Positions 38,386-51,859 of a stretch of 64,000 bases of DNA are shown here, one piece after another. The position numbers and the translations under genes were made by a program. A model generated the notes under the pieces. It was not told the origin of the DNA. It did not search any database and saw only the letters and a program-made list of their open reading frames with translations. Origin of the DNA: Felis catus (taxonomy: Eukaryota); assembly GCF_018350175.1 (NCBI RefSeq), contig NC_058383.1, positions 7,070,001 through 7,134,000 on the forward strand, in the 5' to 3' direction. Numbering within the stretch: position 1 is the first letter of the stretch; the number at the start of each line of letters is the position of its first letter.

Positions 38386-38441
38386 ATAGATTAAAATAAA
38401 CTATAAAAAAATATAAATAAATAAATAAATAAATAAATAAA
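38161..38441 (+). mobile_element. CanSINE with (CA)n(CT)n
   Basis: SINE head. TSD atttaccagca. Confidence 0.9.
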
Positions 38442-38729
38442 TTTACCAGCAAACAAAAGGGTCAATGTAGATGAGCTAGGCATGCCAGCTCCAGAGGCTG
38501 AGAAAGAACTATAGAGCAAACCCAAGAACTAATAAAAAAATAATAATAACAAAAACAATAAAAGCAGATATTAATGATTTCACTGCATTATTTGTAGTGG
38601 TAATGGTGCCGAGGCAACCTGGGTTTCCAACTTTGGAAGAAGGAACTGACAAAATGTGGTAGGTAGACACGTGGGTTCAATGTACTGTATAGATAGCAAC
38701 AGGAATGGATCTTAAAACATAGTACCTAA

Positions 38730-38950
38730 GAGGCGCCTGGGTGGCTCAGTTGGTTAAGCGTCCGACTTCGGCTCAGGTCATGGTCTCACATTTCGTGGGT
38801 TTCAGCCCCACATCGGGCTCTGTGCTGACAGCTCAGAGCCTGGAACCTGCTTCAGATTCTGTCTCGTTCTCTCTCTCTCTCTCTATCTCTGCCCCTCCCC
38901 CTCACACTCTCTCAAAAATGAATAAATGTTAAAAAAAATTAAAAGAAAAC
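38730..38950 (+). mobile_element. CanSINE
   Basis: TSD-like aaaacatagtacctaag / aaaacatagtgcctaag. Confidence 0.92.
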
Positions 38951-40440
38951 AAAAACATAGTGCCTAAGGAAAGAAGCAAGAGATGGAATGCAGCAAGATT
39001 AAATCATTGCATAAATTAAAAATACATAAACCAAAGCAATACTGTACATTGTATAAGAACACATTCAAATGAAAAGATAAAAATTAGGTACAACAGAATT
39101 TTTTTTCAACTTTTCCATAGTTCTTTTTTTTAAAGTGTCTATACAGTTCTAAGAAGAAAAGAAGTGAGTTATAGGCTAAAAATGATGAAATAAAGGAAAA
39201 ATAGATGGATAAGTGAATAGATTAGTAAAATAAGTTCTCTTAGGCTGAGATTCTATAATCCAGTTCTGTCTTCTTTAATCATTTCCCTACCGTTGCACTT
39301 ATATTGGCTGATAAATATTTTGTAAGTATTCTGCTGGTTCATGCATATCTTTGAGGTTTCAGATTCTGAGTAGATATTAAACCTCTATTTAAAAAATTGT
39401 TCCAATGTGTTATTTCAAAGATTCTGCTGAATATACATTTGGATATGTAAGTGGAACATCGTGGCTTAAGCAAGCTGTAAAAGTTGTAGACAATTCTTGG
39501 AAATCATTACATTAACATAAGCTATAATACCCTTCCCCTAGCAATTTCTTGCTGAAAATAACTGGTGAGTGGGTCCATGTGTCTCTCTTCCTTAAAGGTA
39601 GAGCAGAATGTTGTATCCTGGTGAGGAAAAAAGAGTAATCACAGACTGAAGCGCTCTTCAACAATTCTTTCCTCCTCAGTCACATGATGTGGAAGAGAGA
39701 TTCTGAGGGATCTAAGACAGTTACAAATATTGGATCCTATCCAAAAACTGAAAGAACCTATAAGGATACTTTACTTGCTGAGGATATAAAGGTAAAGATT
39801 ATATAATAAACTGCCTTAAAGTCCCAAATCTAAGTGCTAATGAATTACTTTTTTTTTTTTTTAAGGAGGCTTCATGCCCAAATGGGGCTTGAACTCACAG
39901 CCCTGAGATCAAGAGTCACATTTTCTACTGACTGAGCCAGCTAGGTGCCCCTAAGTGCTACCAAATTAGAATTATAACTTTTTAACAGTTGCTAGATATT
40001 AGAAATTATTTAAATGAATGTACCTATCAAAATCTTAGGCTAAGAGCAAAGTTATTATCAAGCTATGATTATAATGATTAAAAATTAGTAAGAAAGACAA
40101 ATTTATCTTAAAAACTACTGATACAGTTATCTCCTTGGTGATTGTAGGTTTGCTTTATTTTACTATTTTAACAAAGAGTCATAAATGTATAAGTAACATG
40201 AATGGAAAAGTCTTAGATGTGCTTCAGACCCGAGGCAAACCAAGTGAACCTGGGTATCTCCACAGCACCTGAGCTCAGCATACCTAAATGTTGCATTAAT
40301 TTCCTTTGAATGGTGAATCTTTGACTCTTTAATTGTATAGTAACAGTAGGAACACAATTATCAACAGAGAGAACACATTTCCTCTATTAAACCCACTCAC
40401 CAGGAAAGACAAGAGGGAGTTCAGTGTGTGACTGTCTCAC

Positions 40441-40671
40441 CTGCAGCAACTCCAGGGTGGGGCTCTGGCTCTTCCTCCCGACCTCTAAGATGAGCTGCTT
40501 CAAGGAAGTGATCGTCTGATGGAGCTTTAACGTGTTCTCATTCTGTTTCTTCTTCGTCTCTTCTTCTTCTTTGCTCAGTCTCTGAAGAAACAGTTGCTCT
40601 TCTTCGGCCAGGAAGTGGTGCAGCTTTGCAAACTCTGCACCGAATCTCATTCGCTGGTTCTTCATCTTCTC
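40441..40671 (-). CDS. TRIM4: TRIM4 coding exon 3 (coiled coil), 231 bp
   Basis: tag|EKMKNQRMRFGAEFAKLHHFLAEEEQLFLQRL...SQSPTLELLQ|gtgaga. Typical 231-bp TRIM exon. Confidence 0.95.
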
Positions 40672-41340
40672 CTACGGCCACATGACACTTGCTCAGTCCT
40701 TGTCCTGCCCTTGCTCCTAAATTCCATGCACGTGACTCCCCAACAGTCCATGGCCCCTCCATCCCAATCACCTCCTCCAGAAAGCCCCTGCCCACCCTCC
40801 ACAAATTCCCCGCTAATTTATTTATACTCACTTGGTATCTTTGTACTGGCCTGTATAGTATTAGTTCATTCTTTGTGACACTTGAGGCTCTACTACTGAC
40901 AGCAATGCCTCGTTTGTGTACTTTTTAAACTAAAACACACTTTCACATCTATTACTTAGTTTAGCCTCCAGAATACCTACTGTTTGGTCTCATTAAGCTT
41001 TAGATGTGCTTCTGTGCATGCGCATCATGCCTCCCAACTAGACCAGTATCTCTGAAAGCAAAGTCCATTTACTTTCCACGATGCCATGGACTCAGACCAC
41101 CCATAACCTAGGGAGTATATTTAGGAAAAAGTGGGAAGGAGAGGGGTACCACCTTAGAGAGATGGGGATGAAGTATGTGGTACTCCCATCGCCCAAAGCC
41201 ACAGGTCAGTAGAGACACACACTTCCTGATCTATCACCTTATCTGCAAGGGGCCTGACCACTCTTAACATCATGCAAGCTCCTCCCAACAATACCGAAGG
41301 GTCTCAGGTGCAAGAAAGGCTCAACCGATTCTGCTATTAC

Positions 41341-41436
41341 CTTCCACTCAGTAGCATTTTTCACTTCCATGTCCTGCAAATGCATGGCTTTCTTCATCTT
41401 GGCCGTCAGACTACACTGAGTCTCAAGAAGTTTCTC
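41341..41436 (-). CDS. TRIM4: TRIM4 coding exon 2 (coiled coil), 96 bp
   Basis: cag|EKLLETQCSLTAKMKKAMHLQDMEVKNATEWK|gtaata. Typical 96-bp TRIM exon, phase 0/0. Confidence 0.94.
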
Positions 41437-42284
41437 CTGCCAGCAGAAACACATATCAGAAAGCATCTCCGCAAACATCTTGCTTGTTCAAGAGCTGAAC
41501 AGGCAATGAGATTGAGAAAACGTTGAAGACAGTTACAGAATTAGGCATAAAAAGTATTCTGATCTGAAATCTTTGCAATACTCTATAGAGCCTGCCTATT
41601 AAGTTGGCAAAAAATGAAAACTGTTAGAGGCTTAATAAATACCTTGTACTGGTGAGGGAGGCCTCTGACACTATAATAGTAGGAGACTTTTGTAAAAAGA
41701 TGCCATCCTTTTGAAGGGCAACTGACAGGATTTAAAACCATCTGAAATGTGCATAATCCTACTTCCAATAATCTGTCCAACGAGACACTAGCAAAAATAA
41801 TATGTATAGGAATGTTCGCTGCAGCAGTATTCATTATCCATTCATGGGGAATTATTAAATTATGGTATATTGATACTCTGTGCCCATCTCAGGTAGCTCT
41901 CTCTATATATTGATGTGTTTTATTAAGTAAAAAAACTACACTGTAAAACAATAGTATTGTATAATTCTGTTTTGAAAAGAACAAATACACATGTATCTGT
42001 GCATGGATGTGTGCATTTAAATAAAAGAAAAATCTGGAAGAACATACACCTAAAGATTAACACTGGTTATTTCTGGGGAATAGAAATGGCTTGGAAGTTT
42101 GGGAGGGTGGGGACTAAAACTTTTATGAATTTCGGTCTTGATTTTAGAATTTAACAACCTGAATGAGCTATTAAAAAGTAAAAGGAGTCGATCAGCATTA
42201 ACAAAAATGGCTGTGGAGGGGCAGCACCTGGTAGCATAAGGTCAGCCATGACCTCAGACAGAAGCACACAGGTTAGACACACAT

Positions 42285-42332
<48 letters not shown>

Positions 42333-42989
42333 AAAACCAGCAAGAACAGATGACCAAATGGCTGTGAGAGAAAGGAGTCCAGATTTTGCCCCTGGGTTCT
42401 GGGCTTGACAACTAGAAGGACTGTGGTCTATTTACCAAATAAGGAAATACAGGGAAATGAGCAGTATGTAAATGGAAGGGGGGGAATTAAATTCGACTTT
42501 ACTAAATTGAGTTTGGAGGGGGGGTGTCCCTGATGAGTACAGTTAACAGTTAAGGGTCAAGAGATCTGAGCTGCAGAAGTAGATTGAGGGGGGAGGGTTA
42601 GAGCACAGGCAGCAGGTGCAGCCAGGGTGTGAGTAAAATCCCCCAGTAAGAGTCTATCAAGAAGGCAATACAGGCTGGAACAAGGAACAACCACACTTAA
42701 GGGGTGTGCAGAGGACAAAAACCCTGCCAAGAAGCTAAGCTGAGTGGTGGTTGGTGAAAAACCCAGAGAGGATGTTTTCTCATACACCAAAGGAAGAGAA
42801 AATTTAAATAAAAACCAGTGAATACCGTCAAATGCTGAAGAGTGGCCTAGGGCAGCTTTCTGGAAGTGTGAATATGTGTCAAAATAAAAAGCTAAAAGGA
42901 AAAAAAGATGAACAGAACTAAGAAATAAGCAGGGCAAGGTTTTTTTTCTTCCCTAGGAGAATAATGAAAACCAGTCGGTATCACTTTTC

Positions 42990-44165
42990 TTCCCGCACTA
43001 CAAATGACAACGTCTACAGCAAAATGAAGTCATTGGAAAGAGCGACACCACCAAAACTGGTGAAGGTGTGGAGCTGCCAGAGCTCCCCCACGGCCACATG
43101 GTGCTGGTGGCTGTGCGAAACAGAACCACCACTCTGGGGAAAGGTCCGGCGTCAAACTAAGCATACATCAATCCCAGGCCCAGCAGTACAACTTCTAGAT
43201 ACGGGAAACATGCAAGTGTGCATCTATAAAAATACCTCTATGAGAATACTCATACCAGCTTTATTCATAAAAGCCAAAAACTGGAAACAGCCCAGGTATG
43301 CAGTGATGGAAACATGGATAAGCCAACTGCGGTATGTTCATAAAATGGAATACGACTCAGCAGGAAAAAGAAACAGGCTACTGATATGCACAAAATGGGT
43401 GAATCTCAAAATCGATACGCTGCGCAAAAGGAGCCCATATAAAGGAGTACAGACTATTCTTCCCACTTTCATGTTTGCTTGGAAATTGCGTAGTGAAATG
43501 TTGGGAGGGGGCAGATGAAGCTAGGTTGCAAAGGGATTCCATTCACATGAAGTTCCACAACAGGCAAAAATAATCGTCAGTGCAAAAAGATTAGAACAGT
43601 AGCTGGGTTGGGAAGAGGGAGCAGATTAACTGGGAGAGAGGATGGAGGAGCTTTCTGCAGTGATGACAATGTTTTTTTTTTTTTTTTTTTTTTGCCTTAA
43701 GATTTAAGTAAGCACCACACCCAATGTGCAGTTCGAATTTACAACCCTGAGATCAAGAGTTACAAGCTCCCCTGACTGAGCAGCCAGGTGCCCCAGTAAT
43801 CTTTATCGTCTTTATCTTAAGAAGGGCTTAGGGTGCCCAGGTGTATGCATTTGTCAAAGCTCAGCAAATGTACACTAAAGACGTGCATATTTAATTATAT
43901 TAAATGTGACTTCAAAAACCACCATTAATGCTAAATGTGGTTGGTTGGCGGTAAGCATGCTAAAGTATAGGAGGAAGTGGACTATCTGCAATTAACTTTA
44001 AATACCTCAAAAGGAAACAAGAATTGATGGATGCAGAGAACAGACAGATGGATAGATAGGTGATAAACAGAGTAAAATGCTAATGGCAGAACCTAGATGT
44101 GGGTATACTGGTATTATAAACTTCGTCAAACATTCATGTTTGCTTGGAAATCACATAGTGAAATG
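42990..44165 (+). mobile_element. Old L1 3' region (L1MC-like) with a short SINE at 43675-43795
   Basis: The ORF at 42964-43518 shows L1 ORF2 C-terminal remnants (ALFIKAKNWKQP, MEY.SA.K.N). Confidence 0.75.
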
Positions 44166-44500
44166 TTGGGGGGGGGTGGATAAAATTAGGTTGCCAAGGA
44201 CTTCCTATAGTTCTGTTATGCGTCACAAAATCACTTGTGTTATTTTCTTTCTTACACTATGTTTTCTAATATTATATAATCTACTTATTTCCTCTAGTTG
44301 TTAAATAGGTATATAATCCTGCTATTTGGAAAGCTATTTCAAGTAATTTTATTCCTTTATCAATTATACAACTGCCACTCTGTAATCACTGTCAACTTCG
44401 ATGTATATGGGAGGACTGCAATCAGATAAGTAGTTCTTTTGAATGTGATCAAGATTTTTTTTTTAAGTTTTCACTTTTGTTTAATCATGAAAAAAATATT

Positions 44501-44715
44501 GGGGTGCCTTGGTGGCTCAGTCAGTTAAGCATCCAACTTCAGCTCAGGTCATGATCTCACGGTTCATGAGTTCAAGCCCCGTGTCAGGCTCTGTGCTGAC
44601 AGCTTAGAGCCTGGAGACTGTTTCAGATTCTGTGTCTTCCTCTCTTTGCCCCTCCCCCACTCACACACTGTGTCTTTCTCTCTCAAAAATAAACATTTTT
44701 AAAAATGTTTAAAAA
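44501..44715 (+). mobile_element. CanSINE
   Basis: SINE head and tail. TSD-like atgaaaaaaatatt. Confidence 0.92.
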
Positions 44716-45857
44716 TAATAATGAAAAAATATTTTAAATAGAATTTTTCAATTTTTAAAAGCCCTTAACAATTCCAGTATTTGTGAATTATCCTGTATTG
44801 CTGGTTGTATTCCAAGATTCTACCTAAGTCTTTTTGAATCCTACTACAATTGAGATCTGAAAAGGGGCCCCTGAATGAAAATAGTAATTCCAGGGAGATT
44901 AGAAAAATCCTTCCCTACAATAACAGAAACTGCCAGGAGGTGGCAGGAGGGCAACACCAAGCAGTTCTCCAAACTTAACTGCCACCTTCCTCTCTCCCTC
45001 TACCCTCCAAAAATATTAAGCAACTTCCAGTCCTCTCACATTGATCACATGCCATTCCAAGCAGCCATGCTGAATATGCTGTTCCTTTGGCCTGAATATC
45101 CTCTCCTTTACCTGTCATACTCACCCTTCAAAAGTGAGTTCATGTTCAACTCCGTGAAGCCATTTCTCCTCAGACCTTCCATGTACTCGATACAAACTTG
45201 AATAACTCACTTACATACTGAACTTATTGGTCTACATGCTTATGTACCCTACAAGACAAGGCTCCTGTCCTTCTTATCCATTTATGTCCAGATTCTAGAA
45301 CAATGCCTGGCCTACAGTAAGCATAAATAAAGGTTACTGAGTGAAGGGGTGGATGTATAGTTCATAGTGCTACTTTGCATATTTCCTGTTTGTAGTCAGT
45401 TGATAAAACTGTATGGCATTTTATAGTTTACAAAATACTTTAACTTGTATCATTAAACTTGTGTTTTCAACCAGTACTTACTAGATACCAATTCTGTTGG
45501 AGACCACTGGAGTTACACCATCAGTATAGAAGGGGGTAGGGCTACTCTGGAAAGGATGATGAAGGAAGGTCTTCAAGCTAAAAGCTAAAAAGATGTAAAG
45601 GATGGAAGGTGTGGGTAGAGAAAGAGAACAGACTTGAAACAAAAGAAGGCAGTGTGGCTGGAGTAAAGTAAGATAAACTGCTTTATTCAACTGAAGCGCC
45701 TTAATCCATAAAATAGGCAGGACAGATTAATCTCCAAATTCAAACAGTAAGTGATTTTTCCCAACTGATGAAGGAACCTAGTATCAAATCCCGGCCTCGC
45801 ACTTCAAGCCAGGCTTTTCCCAAATCATCAGTTGTCTATAAACCCTGTAGATATACA

Positions 45858-46135
45858 CCTGCACTGTCCAATACACCATCCATTAGCCAGGTGAGCACCC
45901 AAACTGTGGATAGTCCGAATTGACATGTGCTGTAAACGTAAACACAGATTTCAAAGTCCTATTACGAAAAACGTAACTAAAATGTCTCACTGATAACTTT
46001 TCATAGCGATTGATGTCAAATGATAACACTTTGGAAAACTGGGTTAAATAAAACATATTATTAAAATTAGCATCACCCGTTTCTTTTAACCACTAGGAAA
46101 GTTTTATTACATCGTGTTTCTATTGGGCGGCACTG
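45858..46135. mobile_element. MER33-like hAT DNA transposon
   Basis: gcactgtccaata...tagtccgaattgacatgtgctgtaa...tttctattgggcggcactg terminal inverted ends. Confidence 0.75.
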
Positions 46136-46249
46136 GTATACACCCCCTCGGTATGACTGTCTTAAACTAGGAGCTCCCAAAGGCCAATACTTTGAAAATT
46201 CTATGCAGACCCTCCCCATCTCAGTTTTAACCCCAACTCTGAGATCTGT

Positions 46250-47700
46250 GTGTCGCTTAATTTCTTCGCACAGGTGGTGGGGGGCGGGGGAGGTCGTACG
46301 TCCAATGGGCATTGCAGCCACCTCGTAGGTCTCTCATGACAATGGCCTACGACATGACATGACAGTGGTATTCCGGGAATACCGGCAGCCCCGCTACGGC
46401 CGGCTCACCCGGTAGCTGGCGAAGGCCTCGTCGATGGGCGCCATGGTGTGCGTCTGGTGCTCCTGCGACTCCCTGCACACCAAGCACACGGGCCGCTGGT
46501 CGTCCTCGCAGAAGAGCCGCAGCGCTTCCCAGTGGCGGCCGCACAGGCCGGGGGGCACGGGGCCCTGACGCCGGCGCCGCGTCTTCTCCGTCAGCCGGGC
46601 CAAGGCCCAGTTGGGCCGCAGCGCCGCGGGCGCCGACGGCTGCCGGCACTCGGGGCAGGGGAACGCGCCGCCGCCCGGCGCCCAGCTGCGGTGCAGGCAG
46701 CCGCGGCAGAAGTTATGGCCGCACTCGATGGACACCGGGTCCTCGAAATAGTCCAGGCAGATGGAGCAGGTCAGGTCTTCCTGGAGGTCTTCGGCTTCCA
46801 TGCCGATTCTCCGCCCAGGGGTCGGGGTCCAACGCGAGGCGAGGGACTGCGGGCGGCGGGGAGGGGAAAGTGCCGTCCCTCCTCCGGGACCTCGGGACCG
46901 GTCCCGGCGCGCGCTGGCCAACCGGCGGCCCCCTCTGCGCGCGCCGCGGGGCCCGAGCGCGAGCCCGGCAGCCTCGGGGTTTCGGCTACTAGAGGGCGCC
47001 GCGGGGCACGACGGGACGCGGGCTGCCCCTCGGGCCAACAATAGAGATGCGGAACTTGCTCCGGGACGCCTAGAGAGGACCGGAGGAGCCCTCGCGAGCC
47101 GAAGCTGGAGGAGCAAAGCGAGGCGGCGCTAAGGAGTTTGGCCTGTCCTTCACGTTGGAGAGGTGAGGTCAAGTTCTGGCGTCCTTGGCGAGCTGCAGTC
47201 GGGCGGGCGTTCTGGGAGTGCTGCAGCGCCAGGGCCTGGGGTGAGGGAGGTCTGTGCAGCTGGGCGTGGAGTGGGGGCGAATGAGGCGCCGGGCCAGTTT
47301 AGGCTTGCTCTCCCTGAAGTCCGTTCTTTACATTCAGCCTTCATTCTTGGCCTCCACCCTCAAGAGCTAGTCGAGTTCTTGGAAAGGCAGGATTTCCTGC
47401 TGCCCCCGCGAAGCCCACCTACTCTCCTGGTGTTGGGTGAATTGGAGAGCCAGTATTCCAGGAGGGGATCAGGAAAGGGAGCGTTTAGCCGCCCACGAGC
47501 TAGTGGGGTGATAGTTGGTCGCCCTGCCACCCTGATTTCCCTCTCTTTCTTCCCAAGCACCCGAGACAAACACCAGGTAAAGGAAACCCATTCTTTGAGC
47601 ATGGGACACGTTCACGCAGCGCAGATGGGGCTTCTAAGAGTTAAGTCAGGGTAAAGAATCTCGGGTTAGATGATCTTACCCACATCTGAGACTTCCCACC
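46250..47700. promoter_or_regulatory. CpG island / TRIM4 promoter and first exon
   Basis: Abrupt GC- and CpG-rich stretch with GC boxes (gggcgg), covering exon 1 and upstream sequence in an otherwise CpG-depleted window. Confidence 0.88.
46409..46801 (-). CDS. TRIM4: TRIM4 coding exon 1 (RING and B-box), 393 bp
   Basis: MEAEDLQEDLTCSICLDYFEDPVSIECGHNFCRGC...CPECR (C3HC4 RING) and CGRHWEALRLFCEDDQRPVCLVCRESQEHQTH (B-box 2). Donor CGG|gtgagc. Confidence 0.96.
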
Positions 47701-48689
47701 GGTGTCTTCGGTGGTTCAACTCCTAGGAGGTCTGTGGGTATGGGATGCGCTAAGCCATCTCGGGGTGATCCGCTGAGTGGCTGTTATCTAAGATGCTAGA
47801 AAGGAGCAGATCCTGTAGCTTCAGCCCCAGCTGCGGGAGCCTGAGGAGGTCAAGACCAGGTGCCAAAACAATGCCTGGGGAGTGGAGCTGGAGCTGTCAT
47901 AAGGAGGACATTATAAAGGATCTGCTGGGACCAGAGAGTGGGTGGAAAAGAGATCAAGTTTTTTAAGTGGGAGTGATTAAGATTCAGAAGCATGGATACA
48001 TCCCTTTTGGTATCCAACTTGTAGTACAGCAACCATTTTTCTACCTCAAGAAACATCCATTGAGGCTTTCAACAAGCAAAATGCTTGCCTATTTCAGGGA
48101 ATTGTCTGTTTCCTTTCATTGGATTTTTTATTTTATTGTTGTCTATTCCTTTTCTTATGAATGCAAGTTTAAAATTCTTCTTGCATCCCAATATCAGATA
48201 CTGCCTTTCCCATAATACGCTCAGTCAGTGGTTACCGAATGTCCAATTAAATGACTTGGAAAGGGGATTCCTGTGATCCGTTTTGGGATTTTTGACAAAA
48301 GCCCGACGGAAAATCTACTTTTTTAAATGTTTAAAAATATATAAATAATAAGTAAATAAATAAATAAATAAATAAATAAAAATGTTTAAATTACACAACT
48401 AATGAATGCATTTTCTATGAAAATTAGAATACTTTATTGAGAAGGAATCTGAGTCTTAGTATGGACCAAGAAGAAAGAAATGCTCTCATCAGTTATTGAT
48501 GTTTGCCATGAGTGTGATATAAGTGCGTATGTGTCTATATGTCTTCCTGTGTACCGAATGACAAACATAAGGTTCCATGACACCTTAAGGTTCTTATGGC
48601 TTCTATCCTGCCATATGCCTGAGATAAACTTCCTTCTTTATTGAAAATAGTGAGCCCCGCTAACTTGCAGCTTTATTCATACGGAATTT

Positions 48690-50420
48690 CAAGCGACCCC
48701 AAGGAGCCAAACAACCTTGAAAAGAAGGATTCACACTGCCCAATTTCAAACCTTATTACAAGGCTACAGCAATCAAAACATGTGATACCAGGATGGGGAT
48801 AAACATAAAGATCAGTGAAATAGAATTGAAAGTCCAGAAATAGTGCCATACGTCGACAAGCAATGGGTTTTCAACAGGGATGCCAAAAACCATTATATGG
48901 AAGAAAAATGGGCTTTTCCATAAATGGTGCTGTGAAAACTAGATATCCATGTGCAAAAGAATGAAGTTTAACCCTTATGCCATATATAAAAACTAATTCA
49001 GAATCAATCAGACCTAAATGTAAAGCTAAAACTGTAAAACTCTTAGAAGGAAATGCTGGTGTAAACCTTCACGATCATGGATTAGGCAACAGTTTCTTAA
49101 ATATGACACCAAAATCACAAGCAACAAAAGAAAAATTGATAAATTGAATTTCATCCAAATTAAAAACTTATGCATCAAAGGAGACTAACAGTGAAGTGGA
49201 AGACAACCCACTGAATGTTGAAAATATTTGGAAATCATATGTCAGATAAGGACCTAGGAGCCAGAATATATAAAGAACTCAACAAAAAAAATACAAACAA
49301 CCTAATTTAAAAATGGGCCAAGGATGAGTAGACCTTTCTCCAAAGAAAATATACAAATAGTTCATAAGCACATGAAAGATGCTCAACATTGTTTGGGAAA
49401 TGCAAATCAAACCACAATGGGATACCACTTTACCTCACTAGGATGGCTACAGTTTTAAAAATCAAATAAGAAAGAAAAGAAGAAAACAAAAAGAAAGAAA
49501 ATACCAGGTGTTGGTGAAGATGTGGATAAATTGGAACCCATTTATACATTGCCGCTGGGAATGTAAATAGTACAGCTGCTGTGAAAACAGTTTGGTAGTT
49601 CCTTAAAAGGAGTTACCATATCCCCCAGCAATTCCACTCTTAGGTATTTACCCAAGAGAGGTGAAGACATATTCACACAAAAACTAGTATATGAGTGTTC
49701 ATAGCACCATTATTCACAATAGAAAACAAGTGGAAACAATTCAAAAGTCCATCAACTAAAAATGAACAAAAAATGTGTGGTGAGCCATACAATGAAATAC
49801 TAAACCATAAATGGGAATGTAGTACTGATTTGTGCAACATGGGTAAACTTCAAAAACATGGTGCTGGGGCACTTGTGGCTCAGTCAGTTAAGTGTTGACT
49901 TCAGCTCAGGACATGATCTCACAGTTTGTAGGTTCGAGCCACACATCAGGCTCTGCGCTGACAGCACTGAGCCTGCTTCGGACTTTGTCTCCCTCTCTCT
50001 CTGTCCCTCCCCTGTTCACACTCTCTGTCTCTCCAAAATAAATAAATAAACATTTTTAAAATAAATTTGCATATGTTTATAAAAAAACAAACAAACATGG
50101 GCTAAATGAAAGAAGCCAGTCCCAAAGACCATATATTGTATGATTGATTCTATTTATATGAACAGTCCAGAATAGGAAAATCTATATAGAGAGAAATTAT
50201 ATTATTGGTTGTTTATGTTTGTTGGGGGGGGGGGGGAGCATGGAGGATTGTGGGTAAAAGCTAAGAGCTAAGGATAACAGGGTTTCTTTCTGAGTTGATG
50301 AAAATATCCTAAAATTGTATTAACAGATGTGCAATTCTGTGACTGTACTAAAAGCCATTAAATTGTATGCTTTAAATGGGTGAATTATATGGCATGTGAA
50401 CTATTTCTCAATAAAGCTGT
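48690..50420 (+). mobile_element. L1 ORF2 3' part and 3' UTR (L1MB-like) with a SINE at 49867-50065
   Basis: aatttcaaaccttattacaaggctacag, cataaatggtgctg, cagcaattccactcttagg, ending ...tctcaataaagctgtt. Confidence 0.88.
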
Positions 50421-50921
50421 TTCAAAAGGGTTATCAAAGAGGAATTATGAATGATGACATTTGCTTTTTTCCATCCTTGGTCACTTGGCTGGACTCTGGT
50501 TACAGTAGATGAGGGATTCTTTATAAAACACTTGTATAGCAGAAAGAAAAATTATTAATTTTCTAGTTGCTGCCAAAATGTCCCCTGGGGGACCAAATAG
50601 CTTTCCTTAGCAACGAGCCTTCCTACTTTACCTAAGGATAATTTGGGATTCAGAAGGAGAAAACAAAACTAGGTAGCTGCTCTTGTTGAGAATTTGAAGG
50701 CAAGGAAGAAGGGAGGGGAAGATGTTTCTGCAGGAAGGTGACAGGCTGGAATACCCTTGGGCAGACTTGACAGACTCAGAAAAGAGATGCTTGATATTTA
50801 GCTTTATGTTATCTGCTACTGTGATGTAAACCTCCCTTCCTGAGTCAGCAGCAAAACTCTCCCGTCTTTTCTGTGTGGAAATGAGGGGAATGAGTTTAAA
50901 AAGTAGCAATTTGATGGGGAT

Positions 50922-51107
50922 TGAGCCTGGGTGGCTCAGTGGGTTAAGCTTCTGACTTCAGCTCAAGTCATGATCTCACAGGTTCATGAGTTCAAGCCCC
51001 ACATCAGGCTATCTGCTGTCAGCACAGAGCCCACTTCGGATTCCCTGTCCCCCTCTCTCTCTGCCCCTCCACCCCAAAATAAATAAATAAAACATTAAAA
51101 AAAATAA
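50922..51107 (+). mobile_element. CanSINE
   Basis: gcctgggtggctcagtgggttaag...aaataaataaataa. Confidence 0.9.
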
Positions 51108-51302
51108 AGGACATTGGTTTAGATATGCGTGGAAGGCCAGTCTGAATATGGCATATGCCGCGGGGCTGGGGGCATCCATAGGTTACAAGACTTCAAAGTT
51201 GGGGGGAGCAGAGAAAGTGGAAGAACAGAGGACAGGGAAGTAGAGTCACTATGACAGGAAAGTCGCATTCAGCCACAGGAATGCCAACAGCAGCGGTCAG
51301 AA

Positions 51303-51308
51303 TTTATT
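51303..51308 (-). other. Candidate GJC3 polyadenylation signal AATAAA
   Basis: TTTATT on + in unique sequence, about 550 bp past the stop of the unspliced ORF. Confidence 0.45.
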
Positions 51309-51859
51309 GCGCAGGACAGGGGAGAAGCACAGCTTTACGGAGGCTTCTGCTGGCTGAGTCTGGAACCAAGCCCATGATCATTGTAAAGCTGACGCCAGAG
51401 GATTCTGGCAGGAAGGCACAAGGGGGAAATCTCCCAGCAAGACTTAGGCAGCGTGGCCCACCATGGCCCTTAGAGATGCTTCAACAGCCTCTCATTTGTC
51501 ACAGAAGTAAATCCCCACTCACTGGATGTTCGGAAGAAGATCCAATCGCAGAGTTCCCTTCAGAGGCGAACCAGGTGGCTTCATAACTCTGCAAAGTAGA
51601 GAATCAAGCAGGAGCTGAGACTTTTTCTAAGTGGGAAGAAACCTAAAGGGAAGGGCAGGAGGTACAGCTGGCTGAGAACCCTGGTCCTGGTTCATTGGAA
51701 GGAATCGGCAAACGGAGGGGGATGAGGGTTGGGAGATGGGTCAGCAGCAGCGGTCAGAAGACGTCTGCCTCGAACCCGGTTTTCTATTTTGTAACACGTA
51801 GGAAGTGTGCCTCCCAGAGGTCCAGGGACCTGCCTTGGGAGGTCATCAGGACAGAGACC

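Noticed and set aside
42964..43518. 184-aa ORF antisense in TRIM4 intron 1
   Set aside because: Decayed L1 ORF2 C-terminus, open by chance.
46802..47116. N-terminal extension of TRIM4 in the 240-aa ORF and other overlapping ORFs in the CpG island
   Set aside because: Non-ATG start in stop-poor GC-rich DNA. The conserved protein begins at MEAEDLQE.
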